From: an uncultured Collinsella sp.
GTDB taxonomy: Bacteria > Actinomycetota > Coriobacteriia > Coriobacteriales > Coriobacteriaceae
Length of the DNA: 64,000 bases
Assembly (NCBI GenBank): GCA_902464485.1
Contig: CABQJJ010000005.1
Span: forward strand, 959 to 64,958
Reading direction: 5' to 3'
The first letter of the stretch is position 1; each line of letters starts with the position of its first letter. Both the position numbers and the translations under genes were made by a program. The notes below the pieces were generated by a model. That model worked only from the letters and a program-made list of their open reading frames with translations. It did no database searches and was not told the origin of the DNA. This document shows positions 1-9,406 of this stretch, one piece after another.

Positions 1-2478
1 TTTAGAGGCGAGCTTGTCGTCTTTGGCGAGCGTCGGCTGGGGTGCGGTTGCACGAGGTTTGCGGGCCTCGGGGTTGCGCAGCTCCTCGGTTCGCTCGACA
101 ATCTCTTCGGCACTAAAGCCGACCTCTGCCATGGCGTCCTCGATGGGCAGGCGGCGCACGATGTAGCAGTGGTGTACCTTTTGGTTACGTGCGAAGTCCT
201 CGGGGATGGTCTGTGCCGTAATGTCCTCCAGCACGACGCCCGCGCGTGCGAGCTTGCGTGTCTCGGGGCGGAAGCCACGCAAGTTGCAGCTAAAGATGGC
301 ATGGCCGCCCTGCGTGAGCAGACGCGATACGCCGGCCAAAAGCTCAACGTGGTCGCGCTGGACATCCCAGGTGCGGCGGCCCATCTTGGATGAGTTTGAA
401 AACGTGGGCGGGTCGACAAAGATCAGGTCCCAACGGTTGCGCGTCTGGCGCTGGTCGCGAATCCAGGCGAGCACGTCGTCGCGCACAAAATGATGCTGAG
501 GCCCCACAAAGCCGTTCTGGCGCATGTTGCGCTCGGCCCAGTCCAGGTAGGTGTTGGAAAGGTCGACTGTCACAGTTTCCTCGACGCCGCCGTCTGCCGC
601 ATAGCAGGTGGCGGTACCGGTATAGGCGAACAGGTTGAGGAAGCGGCGCGCCTGCTTGGCGTGCTCGCGCACCAGGTTGCGGGTGACGCGGTGGTCCAGG
701 AAGATGCCCACATCCAGATAGTCGTCAAAGTTGACGGCAAAGGTAAGGCCACCCTCTTCGATGAGCGGCAGACAACGGCGTGCGATATTGGCGCGCTCGC
801 CCGAGCCGCCCTTGCCGGCGCCCTGCTTGCCGTACTGCGAGCCGCCGCGTGAGCGCATGCGGGCCTTGGCGTGCACATGCTCGGCGGGAACATCCAGGAT
901 GCGCGGTGCGATGGCCAAAATGTCGAGCATGCGGGCCTGGGCTAGCGCGGGGTCGATGGTCTTGGGCGCGGCGTATTCGGCGATGACGAGCCAGCGGCCC
1001 GGCGTCTGCGGGCAGCCCTCGTACAGGTCGATGGCGGCGGAGTAATCGGGCAGGTCCGCATCGTAGACGCGGTAGCAGCTAACGCCCTCGCGCTTGGCCC
1101 ACTTGCGGCGCAGGCGGGCATTCTTGCGCAGGCGGTTGGCGAACTGCTCCGACTCGGGGATGAGCACGGGCAGCGGCTTACCGTCGCCCAGGTCGAGCAT
1201 GGAGGCGGGCTCGGGCATGGCGGAAGCGGTGGCTTCGTCGTTGACTTCGTTGGCATCCGCACTGGTCGCAGCTTCAGACGCAGCGGCGGCGTGGTCGAGC
1301 GAAGGCCAGACCTCGATGGTCGCCTCCTCGTTGTTGGGCATGACGGCGATTGAGCGCTCGGGTTCGGCGTGGAGCGCGCGGGCCAGCAATCCGTCGCGGG
1401 TGAGCGCAGCGACCGGTGCCGCAGCAAGCTCGGGCGCGCGGCGCAGCTCGCCGATGAGCGTCATGGTGTCATGCATGAGCGAAAGCGGCGTCTCGGTCGT
1501 ATCCGCGACCACGGCGGCACCGGCGACGGCGCCCGCGTGGTCCAGTACGGTGGCGGACTTGGCGGCGCAAAAATCGACAAAACGCTTGTAGCCGGCACAT
1601 TTAACCATGCGCTCGGCAGTCTTGCGGGCGGCGGGGTCGATGTCTACGGCCACGATGCGCGCCTGGCGCTCGCGCGCTGCCGCCTCGCGCTCGCGCGCCT
1701 CGGCAAGCAGTTGTTCCCACAGAGCGGCGTCGTGCAGCTGCCAGCCCTCAAAGCCCCAGCGCTCGCGTACGGCGCCTGGGGCGCGGTCGGTCAGAATGTT
1801 CACGGCCTCCAGCAGCAGGCCGCCGCCGGCGCATGAGGTGTCGACCAGCGTGGGCAGGGCTTCGTTCTCGCAATCGTCGGCCGTCAGCTCGCGCTCGCAT
1901 AGCGCGGTCCAGCCGACCTGCGCCAGTACCAGGGCGGCGTAGTCGGGGCGCAGCACGTGCGCGCCCTCGCCGGCGCGGGTCGCTGCGGGTGGCAGGCGTT
2001 TGAACAGCGGGTCGCCCGAAAGGTCCAGGCTTATGCTCGCGCGGCGCTGGCGCAGCGAAAGCAGTAGGTGAACATCGGGGTCGGCGGCATCAACATCGGC
2101 GCGACGGCCCGTGGTTTCGGCCAGGCGGTCGCACAGCGCGTCTTTGGCGCGCAGGGCCGAGAAGCGCGTGTTGCGCAGCTGCTCGGTCACGCCGCGGGCG
2201 GTAATGGCGATGGTGGCACCGGGGCGGACGATGCTCTCCCAGGCGATGTCGTAAACGCCGTCGTACAACTCGTCGGCATCCTGCGCTTCAAAGCGCCCAA
2301 GGACCACAAACACGCGGCTGGCCAGGCGCGACCACAGACAGGCGCGGTAGCCTTCTTCGAGCTCGCCCTCAAACGTAGCGCGGCCCTTCAAGCGGCGGAC
2401 ATGCGAAAGCCCGAGGCGTTTAAGCTCATCGGCGAGTGCGGACTCAAAGCCCTCGGGGCAGCTTGCGTAAAATTCCAT
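1..2478 (-). CDS. rlmKL: 23S rRNA methyltransferase RlmKL-like (THUMP domain plus class-I SAM methyltransferase modules); C-terminus runs off the left edge
   Basis: Absent from the ORF track because there is no stop in the window. My translation from ATG at 2478 (AGAGAGG upstream) reads MEFYASCPEGFESALADELKRLG... and stays open for 826 codons down to nt 1. It contains ...WDLIFVDPPTFSNSSKMG..., typical of RlmK/RlmI-type methyltransferases. Confidence 0.7.
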   Translation of the reverse strand, partial: MEFYASCPEGFESALADELKRLGLSHVRRLKGRATFEGELEEGYRACLWSRLASRVFVVLGRFEAQDADELYDGVYDIAWESIVRPGATIAITARGVTEQLRNTRFSALRAKDALCDRLAETTGRRADVDAADPDVHLLLSLRQRRASISLDLSGDPLFKRLPPAATRAGEGAHVLRPDYAALVLAQVGWTALCERELTADDCENEALPTLVDTSCAGGGLLLEAVNILTDRAPGAVRERWGFEGWQLHDAALWEQLLAEAREREAAARERQARIVAVDIDPAARKTAERMVKCAGYKRFVDFCAAKSATVLDHAGAVAGAAVVADTTETPLSLMHDTMTLIGELRRAPELAAAPVAALTRDGLLARALHAEPERSIAVMPNNEEATIEVWPSLDHAAAASEAATSADANEVNDEATASAMPEPASMLDLGDGKPLPVLIPESEQFANRLRKNARLRRKWAKREGVSCYRVYDADLPDYSAAIDLYEGCPQTPGRWLVIAEYAAPKTIDPALAQARMLDILAIAPRILDVPAEHVHAKARMRSRGGSQYGKQGAGKGGSGERANIARRCLPLIEEGGLTFAVNFDDYLDVGIFLDHRVTRNLVREHAKQARRFLNLFAYTGTATCYAADGGVEETVTVDLSNTYLDWAERNMRQNGFVGPQHHFVRDDVLAWIRDQRQTRNRWDLIFVDPPTFSNSSKMGRRTWDVQRDHVELLAGVSRLLTQGGHAIFSCNLRGFRPETRKLARAGVVLEDITAQTIPEDFARNQKVHHCYIVRRLPIEDAMAEVGFSAEEIVERTEELRNPEARKPRATAPQPTLAKDDKLASK

Positions 2479-2553
2479 GGGTGACCTCTCTGATTGCGTC
2501 GCTCCATTATATGATGGATGCTTCGTTTGCCCTTATCCTCGAAAGGAACTCAT

Positions 2554-3381
2554 ATGATTGATGCGTGTCCCGAGCCCGCTGTGCTCTTTTTTGACGTAGA
2601 CGGCACGCTGACGTCGTTCGATCCCGACGATATGACCGATAAGGACTTCAATGCAGTCCATCCGTCGAAGGCCGTTGTTGATGCATTTGGTCGCCTGCGC
2701 AATGCGGGTCACCAGGCATTTATCTGCACGGGTCGTCCCTTGTGGCTGATTGCCGATGGCCTGCGTGCTTTGGAGCCTGCGGGTGTCGTTGCCATGGCGG
2801 GAGCGACGCTCGAGGTTGAGGGCCGCGTGGTGCATGAGGACTGCTTTGACGAAGATATTGTTGAGGAGCTCGCGCGTCGCATTACTGTGGCGGGCAGCGA
2901 GGCGTTGTTCGAGACGAACGGTGCCACCTATTCACTTGAGCCGGTTGGTGTCGAACAGTCATTTCTGCTAGGCGCCGGCGTGGTGCATGGCGTTGATCAG
3001 ATGCGCGTCGATGGCCGCTTGCGCGTAGGCAAGGTGTGCATTAACGCGTGCGACCTGGCTTGCGTGGCCAACGACGATGGCTTTATCGATCGCGAGTTTA
3101 AGCTGTGCAACACCGGTGGTCAGAATCGCGAGCTGAGCCCTAAGGGCATCGACAAGGGCGTGGGCGTGGCGCGAGCGCTGGAATACCTGGGTCGCACCGG
3201 CAACGCGCACACCTTTGGCTTTGGCGATTCGGGCAACGACCTGGGCATGCTCGCTGCCGTCGAGACGGCTGTCGCCATGGGCAACGCCATGCCCGAGGTC
3301 AAGGCGGTCGCCGACTACGTGACCGACGATGTCGCACACGACGGCACCGTCACCGCCATGCGCCACTTTGGGTTGATCTAA
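2554..3381 (+). CDS. Cof-type HAD-IIB family hydrolase (sugar phosphatase-like)
   Basis: ORF 2518..3381. The internal ATG at 2554 is preceded by GAAAGGAA. Motifs FFDVDGTLT (motif I) and GDSGNDLGML (motif IV). Confidence 0.8.
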   Translation: MIDACPEPAVLFFDVDGTLTSFDPDDMTDKDFNAVHPSKAVVDAFGRLRNAGHQAFICTGRPLWLIADGLRALEPAGVVAMAGATLEVEGRVVHEDCFDEDIVEELARRITVAGSEALFETNGATYSLEPVGVEQSFLLGAGVVHGVDQMRVDGRLRVGKVCINACDLACVANDDGFIDREFKLCNTGGQNRELSPKGIDKGVGVARALEYLGRTGNAHTFGFGDSGNDLGMLAAVETAVAMGNAMPEVKAVADYVTDDVAHDGTVTAMRHFGLI

Positions 3382-3571
3382 TTATTTCGCCGTTCTGACG
3401 TTTTTCGATCTGCCGCTCATTGGGTTCACATGCTCAATCGGTTTATCAATTCAAACACTAGGGTGTTTATACCGTTTGCCGAGAAGATAAAACTGCAGCT
3501 CACGCCTTGATAAACGTAGGTAATGTGTTTAGCAGCTCAATGCCCGTATGCAAACGAAAGGAATCGGGCAG

Positions 3572-4147
3572 ATGGCAATCAAGGTGTTCGCTGACGGCGC
3601 AAACCTCGAGGGCATGCTTGACATGTACGAGAACGGCAACGTTCAGGGTTTCACGACCAACCCGTCCCTTATGAAGAAGGGCGGCATGGCGGATTACCGC
3701 GCGTTTGCCAAGGAGGTTCTGGCCCACATCACCGATGTGTCCGTCTCGTTTGAGGTCTTTGCCGACGGCATCAAGGTCAATGTCACCACCATCTTTACGC
3801 CTAAGCAGGTCGACGAGATGGTCGAGGCCGTTGACGCCGAGACGCCGTCCATCATCTCGCTTTTTGCCGGCCGTATCGCCGATACCGGTGTCGACCCCAT
3901 TCCGTTTATGACGGAATCGGTCAAGAAGGCCGCCGCAAAGCCAAGCTGCGAGGTCCTGTGGGCGTCCACGCGCGAGCTTATCAACATTTACCAGGCCGAA
4001 GCCTGCGGCTGCCAGATCATCACGGTGCCCAACAGCATCTTGGCCAAGCGCAAGAACATCGGTCGTGACCCGTACGAGGTTTCGCTCGATACCGTGCGCG
4101 GCTTTGCCAAGGACATCGCCGCTTTGGGCTTCCATATTCTGCCGTAA
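3572..4147 (+). CDS. Transaldolase/fructose-6-phosphate aldolase family protein, apparently internally deleted
   Basis: ORF 3548..4147, with ATG at 3572 after AAAGGAA. Has GFTTNPSLMKKGG and SLFAGRIADTG motifs. The segment between FEVFAD and GIKVNVT that normally carries the Schiff-base Lys is missing. Confidence 0.7.
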   Translation: MAIKVFADGANLEGMLDMYENGNVQGFTTNPSLMKKGGMADYRAFAKEVLAHITDVSVSFEVFADGIKVNVTTIFTPKQVDEMVEAVDAETPSIISLFAGRIADTGVDPIPFMTESVKKAAAKPSCEVLWASTRELINIYQAEACGCQIITVPNSILAKRKNIGRDPYEVSLDTVRGFAKDIAALGFHILP

Positions 4148-4177
4148 CGCGAACACTGACTACGCCGCGGGCTGCTC

Positions 4178-4249
4178 GCCCCGGCCTTTCCTTTCCCTAT
4201 CGCTCACGCGCTTCGCGAGGGTCGCGCTAGGCAAAGGAAAGGCCGGGGC
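4178..4249. repeat. Long imperfect palindrome between convergent genes (hairpin, probably a bidirectional terminator)
   Basis: GCCCCGGCCTTTCCTTT at 4178-4194 pairs perfectly with AAAGGAAAGGCCGGGGC at 4233-4249. Further partial pairing occurs inside. Confidence 0.6.
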
Positions 4250-4414
4250 TGCCGACACGAGCTTGCCAGTAGGTTCTGAGCTGAATAAGACTTGGCTGGT
4301 GCTGCCTCTTTGATGGGGTGGCACCATTTTTGTTGCGGTATTTGCAGGTTGTTCCCATTGGATGAGAAAAACTTGCAAATTCGACGATGGGCAGCGGTGG
4401 TTCGTCCTTTGCTG

Positions 4415-6562
4415 TTACTTTCCCTGCACCATGGTGAGCGAGATCTTCTTGCGGTCGCGATCGACCTTTTCCACCCACACCTTTACCGTGTCGCCGACGC
4501 GCACCACGTCGCTCGGGTGCTTGACGAAGCGGTCGGCCAGCTTGGAGATGTGCACGAGGCCGTCCTGGTGCACGCCCACGTCGACGAAGGCGCCAAAGTC
4601 GACGACGTTGCGCACCGTGCCCTTGAGTTCCATACCGGGTTCCAGGTCATCGATGGAAAGCGCCGAGCGGCTAAAGACCACCTCGGGCGCGTCGTCGCGC
4701 GGGTCGCGCCCGGGCTTCTTGAGCTCGTTGACAATGTCGATGAGCGTTAAGGTGCCGCAGTCCAGGTCGCTTGCCAGTGCCGAGATGCTGCCCAGGCGGC
4801 GCTCGATGTCGGGCACGCCGCCACGGCTGAGCTCGCTTGTCGCAACGCCGGCTCGCTCCAAGACGGTCGTTGCCACCTCGTAGCTCTCGGGGTGGACGCT
4901 TGTCGCGTCGAGCGGGTTCTTGCCGCCGCTGATGCGCAAAAAGCCCACGGCGTTGAGATATGCCTTGGGTCCCAGCTTGGGGACCTTCTTAAGCTGGCGG
5001 CGATCGGTAAAGGCGCCGTTTTCCTCGCGGTACGCTACGATGTTCTTGGCCACGCTCGGCGTGATGCCCGATACGTATCCCAGCAGGCTCGCGCTCGCGG
5101 TGTTGACGTCGACGCCCACGCGGTTGACGACGTCCTCCACCACGTGGCCCAGGGTGCGCGAAAGCTCGGCCTGGTCAAGGTCGTGCTGGTACTGTCCGAC
5201 GCCGATGGACTGGGGTGGAATCTTGACGAGCTCTGCCAGCGGGTCTTGCAGGCGGCGGCCCAGGCTCATGGCGCCGCGCACGGTGACGTCCAGGTCGGGG
5301 TATTCCTGACTGGCGAGCTCGGAGGCGGAGTACACCGACGCGCCGGCTTCGTTGACGATGGTGTAGCGAAGGCTGGGCGCCTGCTCGGCAATGAACTCCG
5401 AGACGACTTCCTCGGTCTCGCGGCTGGCGGTGCCGTTGCCGATGACGATAGTGTTGACGCCGTCCTTCTTGACGAGGCGGGCGAGTTCGCGCTTGGTGCC
5501 GGCGACGTCGTGGCGCGGCTTGGTGGGGTAGACCACGCCGTGGTCGAGCAGCTTGCCGGTCTCGTCCATGACGGCGACCTTGCAGCCAGTACGGTAGCCC
5601 GGGTCGAGCGCGAGCACGCGGGCGCCGCGGACGGGGCGGGCCGAGAGCAGGCCCTCGAGATTCTTGGCAAAAACGTTGATGGCCTCGGTCTGGGCGCGGA
5701 CGGTGAGCTTGGCGCGCGCCTCGCGCTCCAGCGAGGGGGCCATGAGGCGCTTGTAGCCGTCGGCGATGGCAGCGTCAAAGACGGGGGCGAAGACGCCCTG
5801 ACGGCGGGGCCAGCGGCTGCCCAGGCGCGCTGTAGCGGCAGCACCGTCGACATTCACGCGCACACGGAGCTTGCCCTCGCGCTCACCGCGGTCGATAGCC
5901 AGCACGCGGTGGTTGGGTATACGGCGCAGTGGCTCGTCATAGTTGTAGTACGGCTCGTAGGGGGTCTTCTCGGCGGGGTCGGTGGCCTCGACGACGATAT
6001 CGGCGGTGTTTTGCGTAAAGGCGCGCAGGTCGGCGACGTTCTCAGGGTCTTCGGCCACCGTCTCGGCCACGATGTCGGCGGCGCCGGCAAGCGCCTTCTC
6101 GGGTGTGCCGAAGCCGGCCTCCTCGTTGACGTAGTCCGCGGCGGTGTCGAGCGCGCTGCCCTTGGCCGATGCCTGCATGATGATCATATTGGCGAGCGGC
6201 TCCAAGCCTGCCTCGCGGGCCTTCTGCGCGCGGGTCATGCGCTTTTTGCGGTAGGGCTTGTAGAGGTCCTCGACACGCTGGAGCTGCGTGGCCTCGCGAA
6301 TCTGCTGCTCGAGTTCGGGCGTGAGCTCGCCCTGGGTGTCGATGAGCAGAATGACGTCCTCTTTACGCTGCTCAAGATTGCGCAGGTAGGACAGGCGCTC
6401 GTCGAGCGCGCGCAGGGCGACGTCGTCCATGTCGCCCGTGGCCTCCTTGCGGTAGCGCGAGATAAAGGGGATGGTGTTGCCCTCGTCGATGAGCTTGACG
6501 GCCGCCTCGATGTTGGCGGCCTTAAGGTTGAGCTCGCGAGCGAGCTGGGCGATAAGATCCAT
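4415..6562 (-). CDS. tex: Tex-like transcription accessory protein (YqgF/HhH/S1 domains)
   Basis: ORF 4415..6649. The probable start is ATG 6562 (MDLIAQLARELNL...) after AAGGAG. N-terminal IPFISRYRKE motif and a C-terminal S1 domain (GTVRNVVDFGAFVDVG...GLVHISKL). Confidence 0.9.
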   Translation of the reverse strand: MDLIAQLARELNLKAANIEAAVKLIDEGNTIPFISRYRKEATGDMDDVALRALDERLSYLRNLEQRKEDVILLIDTQGELTPELEQQIREATQLQRVEDLYKPYRKKRMTRAQKAREAGLEPLANMIIMQASAKGSALDTAADYVNEEAGFGTPEKALAGAADIVAETVAEDPENVADLRAFTQNTADIVVEATDPAEKTPYEPYYNYDEPLRRIPNHRVLAIDRGEREGKLRVRVNVDGAAATARLGSRWPRRQGVFAPVFDAAIADGYKRLMAPSLEREARAKLTVRAQTEAINVFAKNLEGLLSARPVRGARVLALDPGYRTGCKVAVMDETGKLLDHGVVYPTKPRHDVAGTKRELARLVKKDGVNTIVIGNGTASRETEEVVSEFIAEQAPSLRYTIVNEAGASVYSASELASQEYPDLDVTVRGAMSLGRRLQDPLAELVKIPPQSIGVGQYQHDLDQAELSRTLGHVVEDVVNRVGVDVNTASASLLGYVSGITPSVAKNIVAYREENGAFTDRRQLKKVPKLGPKAYLNAVGFLRISGGKNPLDATSVHPESYEVATTVLERAGVATSELSRGGVPDIERRLGSISALASDLDCGTLTLIDIVNELKKPGRDPRDDAPEVVFSRSALSIDDLEPGMELKGTVRNVVDFGAFVDVGVHQDGLVHISKLADRFVKHPSDVVRVGDTVKVWVEKVDRDRKKISLTMVQGK

Positions 6563-6645
6563 GGGACTCCTTGCGTTTAAGGTGCGTTTGCAGCACAGGG
6601 CTACCAAGGATACCACCCGTCCCAAAAGACTGTTTTGGGGCCGCG

Positions 6646-6803
6646 CCACGAAAACGGCCTATCTACTACGTTTTGCCCGTAGGGGCTGACCATACTTGGG
6701 TTTTCCGAAAATCGACAAGCCGTTTACCTGCGGTTTTTATTTCGAGAAATTCGGTATGGTTGAGGGTGGTCGGTTAAACGTAGTAGATAGGCCCATTTCG
6801 TGG
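6646..6803. repeat. 158-bp element bounded by 28-nt terminal inverted repeats (MITE-like or structured element)
   Basis: CCACGAAAACGGCCTATCTACTACGTTT (6646-6673) against the reverse complement of AAACGTAGTAGATAGGCCCATTTCGTGG (6776-6803), with 2 mismatches. Confidence 0.55.
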
Positions 6804-6871
6804 CGAACGAACCAAGCTGAGGCGCAAAATAGCCCCCTGCCCCAGAAAGATTGTCGGCAAGGTAGCAAAAT

Positions 6872-6901
6872 GCCCCGCGGGCAGGAGGCTGCTCGCGGGG
6901 C
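6872..6901 (-). terminator. Candidate intrinsic terminator downstream of the Gfo/Idh/MocA gene
   Basis: The 8-bp GC stem GCCCCGCG/CGCGGGGC is followed on the minus strand by ATTTTGC. Confidence 0.4.
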
Positions 6902-6973
6902 AAAGAAGAGGGGCTTATTGGTGGCGGACCGAGGGGCTCGGCATGGGGTTCTGCCGCGACCGCTCTTAAGGCA

Positions 6974-8014
6974 TTACAGTTCGACGAGCTGGCCGGTCTC
7001 GGCGGCCTCCTTGATGGCGTTGAGAAGCGTGAGCGTCTTGACGTTATCGGCGGGGGTCACGACGGGCTCAACTTCGCGGCGGACGACCTTCACAAAGTGC
7101 TTGAGTTGCATCTTGTGCGGCAGCGCCGGGTCGACGGCCGGAATCTCCATCTGCAGCGGCTTGTGCCAGTTGGAGGCGCCGTCGTAGGAGAACTGGTGCA
7201 GGCGGGGCAGCGACAGGGCGCCCAAGGTACCTCCGATAAAGTAGGCGTCGGCGTCGAAGGGACGGTACTGCGGGTCCTCGCGGGCGGTCGCCTCCCAGTT
7301 CCAGGGGCTGGCGGTGGCGTCGGAGATGGTCATGCTCGCGAGCGCGCCATCCGCAAAGCGGACGTTGACCACGGCGGAGTCCTCGGTCTCAAAACCGCGG
7401 GCGGCGCTGGACTGCATGCCCTGGACGGCGACAGGCTCGCCCAGCAGGTAGCGGAGCAGGTCGACGTCGTGCACCAGGTTGACCAGGATCGGGCCGGCAC
7501 CCTTCTTGCGACGCCACTCGACATCGAAGTACTCGTCATTCTTATAGATCATGTAGTGGAAGCTCGACACGGTGAGCTTGCCCAGCTCGCCGGACTCGAT
7601 GATCTCCTTGGCCTTGTTGACGAAGGGGTTGTGGCGACGGTGCTGACCCACGAGCACGGGCACGCCGGCGGTCTCGGCCTCGGCGGCAAAGGCCTGGGCA
7701 TCCTCAAGATCGTTGGAGATCGGCTTTTCGACCAACGGCACGATGTTGCGCTTGATGGCCTCGCGGGCAACGCCCAGATGCAGGTCGTTGGGGGTGGCGA
7801 TAATGACGGCCTCGGGCTTGACCTCGTCCATCATCTGGGCGGGATCGGTATAAAACGGCACGCCGGCGGCCTCGGCCGTGGCGCGGGCGCCCTCAAAGGC
7901 GTCGGCGATGGCGACGAGCTCGGCTTCGGGCTCCTCGGTGACAAAGCGGATGTGGTTGCGGCCCATGGCGCCGGCGCCGATAACGGCAATGCGGACGGGG
8001 TTGAGCTCAGACAT
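6974..8014 (-). CDS. Gfo/Idh/MocA family NAD(P)-dependent oxidoreductase
   Basis: 346-aa ORF with an N-terminal Rossmann motif (VRIAVIGAGAMGRNH). AAGGAG lies upstream of the ATG. Confidence 0.85.
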   Translation of the reverse strand: MSELNPVRIAVIGAGAMGRNHIRFVTEEPEAELVAIADAFEGARATAEAAGVPFYTDPAQMMDEVKPEAVIIATPNDLHLGVAREAIKRNIVPLVEKPISNDLEDAQAFAAEAETAGVPVLVGQHRRHNPFVNKAKEIIESGELGKLTVSSFHYMIYKNDEYFDVEWRRKKGAGPILVNLVHDVDLLRYLLGEPVAVQGMQSSAARGFETEDSAVVNVRFADGALASMTISDATASPWNWEATAREDPQYRPFDADAYFIGGTLGALSLPRLHQFSYDGASNWHKPLQMEIPAVDPALPHKMQLKHFVKVVRREVEPVVTPADNVKTLTLLNAIKEAAETGQLVEL

Positions 8015-8044
8015 TTCGACTCCTTAATACTGGGGACCGGTGAA

Positions 8045-8075
8045 ATGTGACAAAGGGACAGTCCCTTTGTCGCAT
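8045..8075. repeat. REP-like palindrome, family 1 (GACAAAGGGAC-A-GTCCCTTTGTC), copy 1
   Basis: Perfect 11-bp arms at 8049-8059 and 8061-8071. The same core recurs at 37760-37792 and, degenerate, at 44412-44438. Confidence 0.8.
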
Positions 8076-8083
8076 CGGTACAA

Positions 8084-9340
8084 CTAGGCGGACTTCTTCT
8101 TGCTGTCGGAGACCATCATGTAGACGGTGAGCACGACGGCGATGGCGGCGATCACGATGGCGCCGTAGAAGGACTGCTGGTAGGCGGCGCTGCCGGCCTC
8201 GGCGTGATACAGCACGGCGGTGATGGGCTGGCTGATCCAGGTAGAGGCGGCGTAGCCCAAAAACATGATGCCGTAGTTGACGCCGATGTTGCTGGTGCCA
8301 AAGGCGCCACCGGTGAGCGGCGGGTAGATGACGAGCAGGGCGCCAAAGCTAAAGCCGAGCAGGGCGAGCGCAACAAAGAACATGGCCTGCGTAAAGCTCA
8401 TCGACATGATGACGAGTGCGACGATGGTGACGACAAGGCTGATGAGCAGCGACTTGTAGGCGCCGAGCTTGTCGATGATCTGGCCAAAGGACAGACGGCC
8501 GACCAGGTTGGCGCAGGTGTTGACGGAGACGACCACGCCGCCGAGGGCGACAGCCGCGGCGCTCGTGGGGTCGGCGAAGAGCTGGACGGCGGCGATGGAG
8601 GCAACCTTGCCCACGAGCAGGGTGCCCGCGGTGGCGGCAAAGGCGAAGGTGACGATGAGGACCCAGAAGCGCGGGGTCCTGACCATCTCGCCCGGGGTGA
8701 GGTCGCCGAAGGTACCGGCGTGCGCGCCGCCCTTGGGGGCCTCGAAGCCCTCGGGCAACCAACCGGCCTCGGGGGCCTTCAGGAACAGGGCGGAGGCGGC
8801 GATCGTCACAAAGAAGATGACGCCGAGTGCCTTAAGGGCGCCAAAGATGCCCAGGCTCGGAATGAGCAGCGAGGCGAGCACCGGGGACAACACGGCGGGG
8901 CCGGCGGTCGAAGCGGCCAGGGTGATGCCGGAGGCGAGACCCTTCTTGTCGATGAACCACTTTTGGCCGGTGGTGAGCGCCGGGTTGTAGCCCAGGCCGT
9001 TGCCGACGGCGGCGACGAGCGAGAACCACAGGTAGAACTGCCACGGCTCGGTGACGGTGCCGGACATGAACCAGCCAACGCCGTAGCACACGGCGGCGGC
9101 GATCACGACGTTGCGGGGACCGATCTTATCGGAGATGCGACCGGCGAAGATGCCCGTCACGGCCATGATGGTCTGAAAGACCGGGAAAGCCCAGGTGAGG
9201 GCGCTGGACCACTCGGGGTAGACGGCGAGCAGGTTCTTGCTTACGACGGAATACAGAGCGATGGAGCTAATGAAGAACATGGTGACGCACGCGGCGGAAA
9301 GCACGACGGCGCGACCCTTGTTGGAGTTGGTGGAAGCCAT
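8084..9340 (-). CDS. MFS transporter (oxalate/formate antiporter-like)
   Basis: ORF 8084..9382, with a probable start at ATG 9340 (MASTNSNKGRAVV...). About 12 hydrophobic segments. Confidence 0.8.
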   Translation of the reverse strand: MASTNSNKGRAVVLSAACVTMFFISSIALYSVVSKNLLAVYPEWSSALTWAFPVFQTIMAVTGIFAGRISDKIGPRNVVIAAAVCYGVGWFMSGTVTEPWQFYLWFSLVAAVGNGLGYNPALTTGQKWFIDKKGLASGITLAASTAGPAVLSPVLASLLIPSLGIFGALKALGVIFFVTIAASALFLKAPEAGWLPEGFEAPKGGAHAGTFGDLTPGEMVRTPRFWVLIVTFAFAATAGTLLVGKVASIAAVQLFADPTSAAAVALGGVVVSVNTCANLVGRLSFGQIIDKLGAYKSLLISLVVTIVALVIMSMSFTQAMFFVALALLGFSFGALLVIYPPLTGGAFGTSNIGVNYGIMFLGYAASTWISQPITAVLYHAEAGSAAYQQSFYGAIVIAAIAVVLTVYMMVSDSKKKSA

Positions 9341-9406
9341 TGGACTCTTTCTAATCGATGCGCAGGGAGGGACGGGCGTCACCGCGAACCTCCCTGTCAG
9401 GCTGGT

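Noticed and set aside
4892-6580. 562-aa ORF on the plus strand, antisense to tex
   Set aside because: It is entirely antisense to a gene with clear Tex domain motifs. The protein is Gly/Ala/Val/Asp/Leu-rich low-complexity sequence typical of GC-rich shadow frames. There is no RBS.
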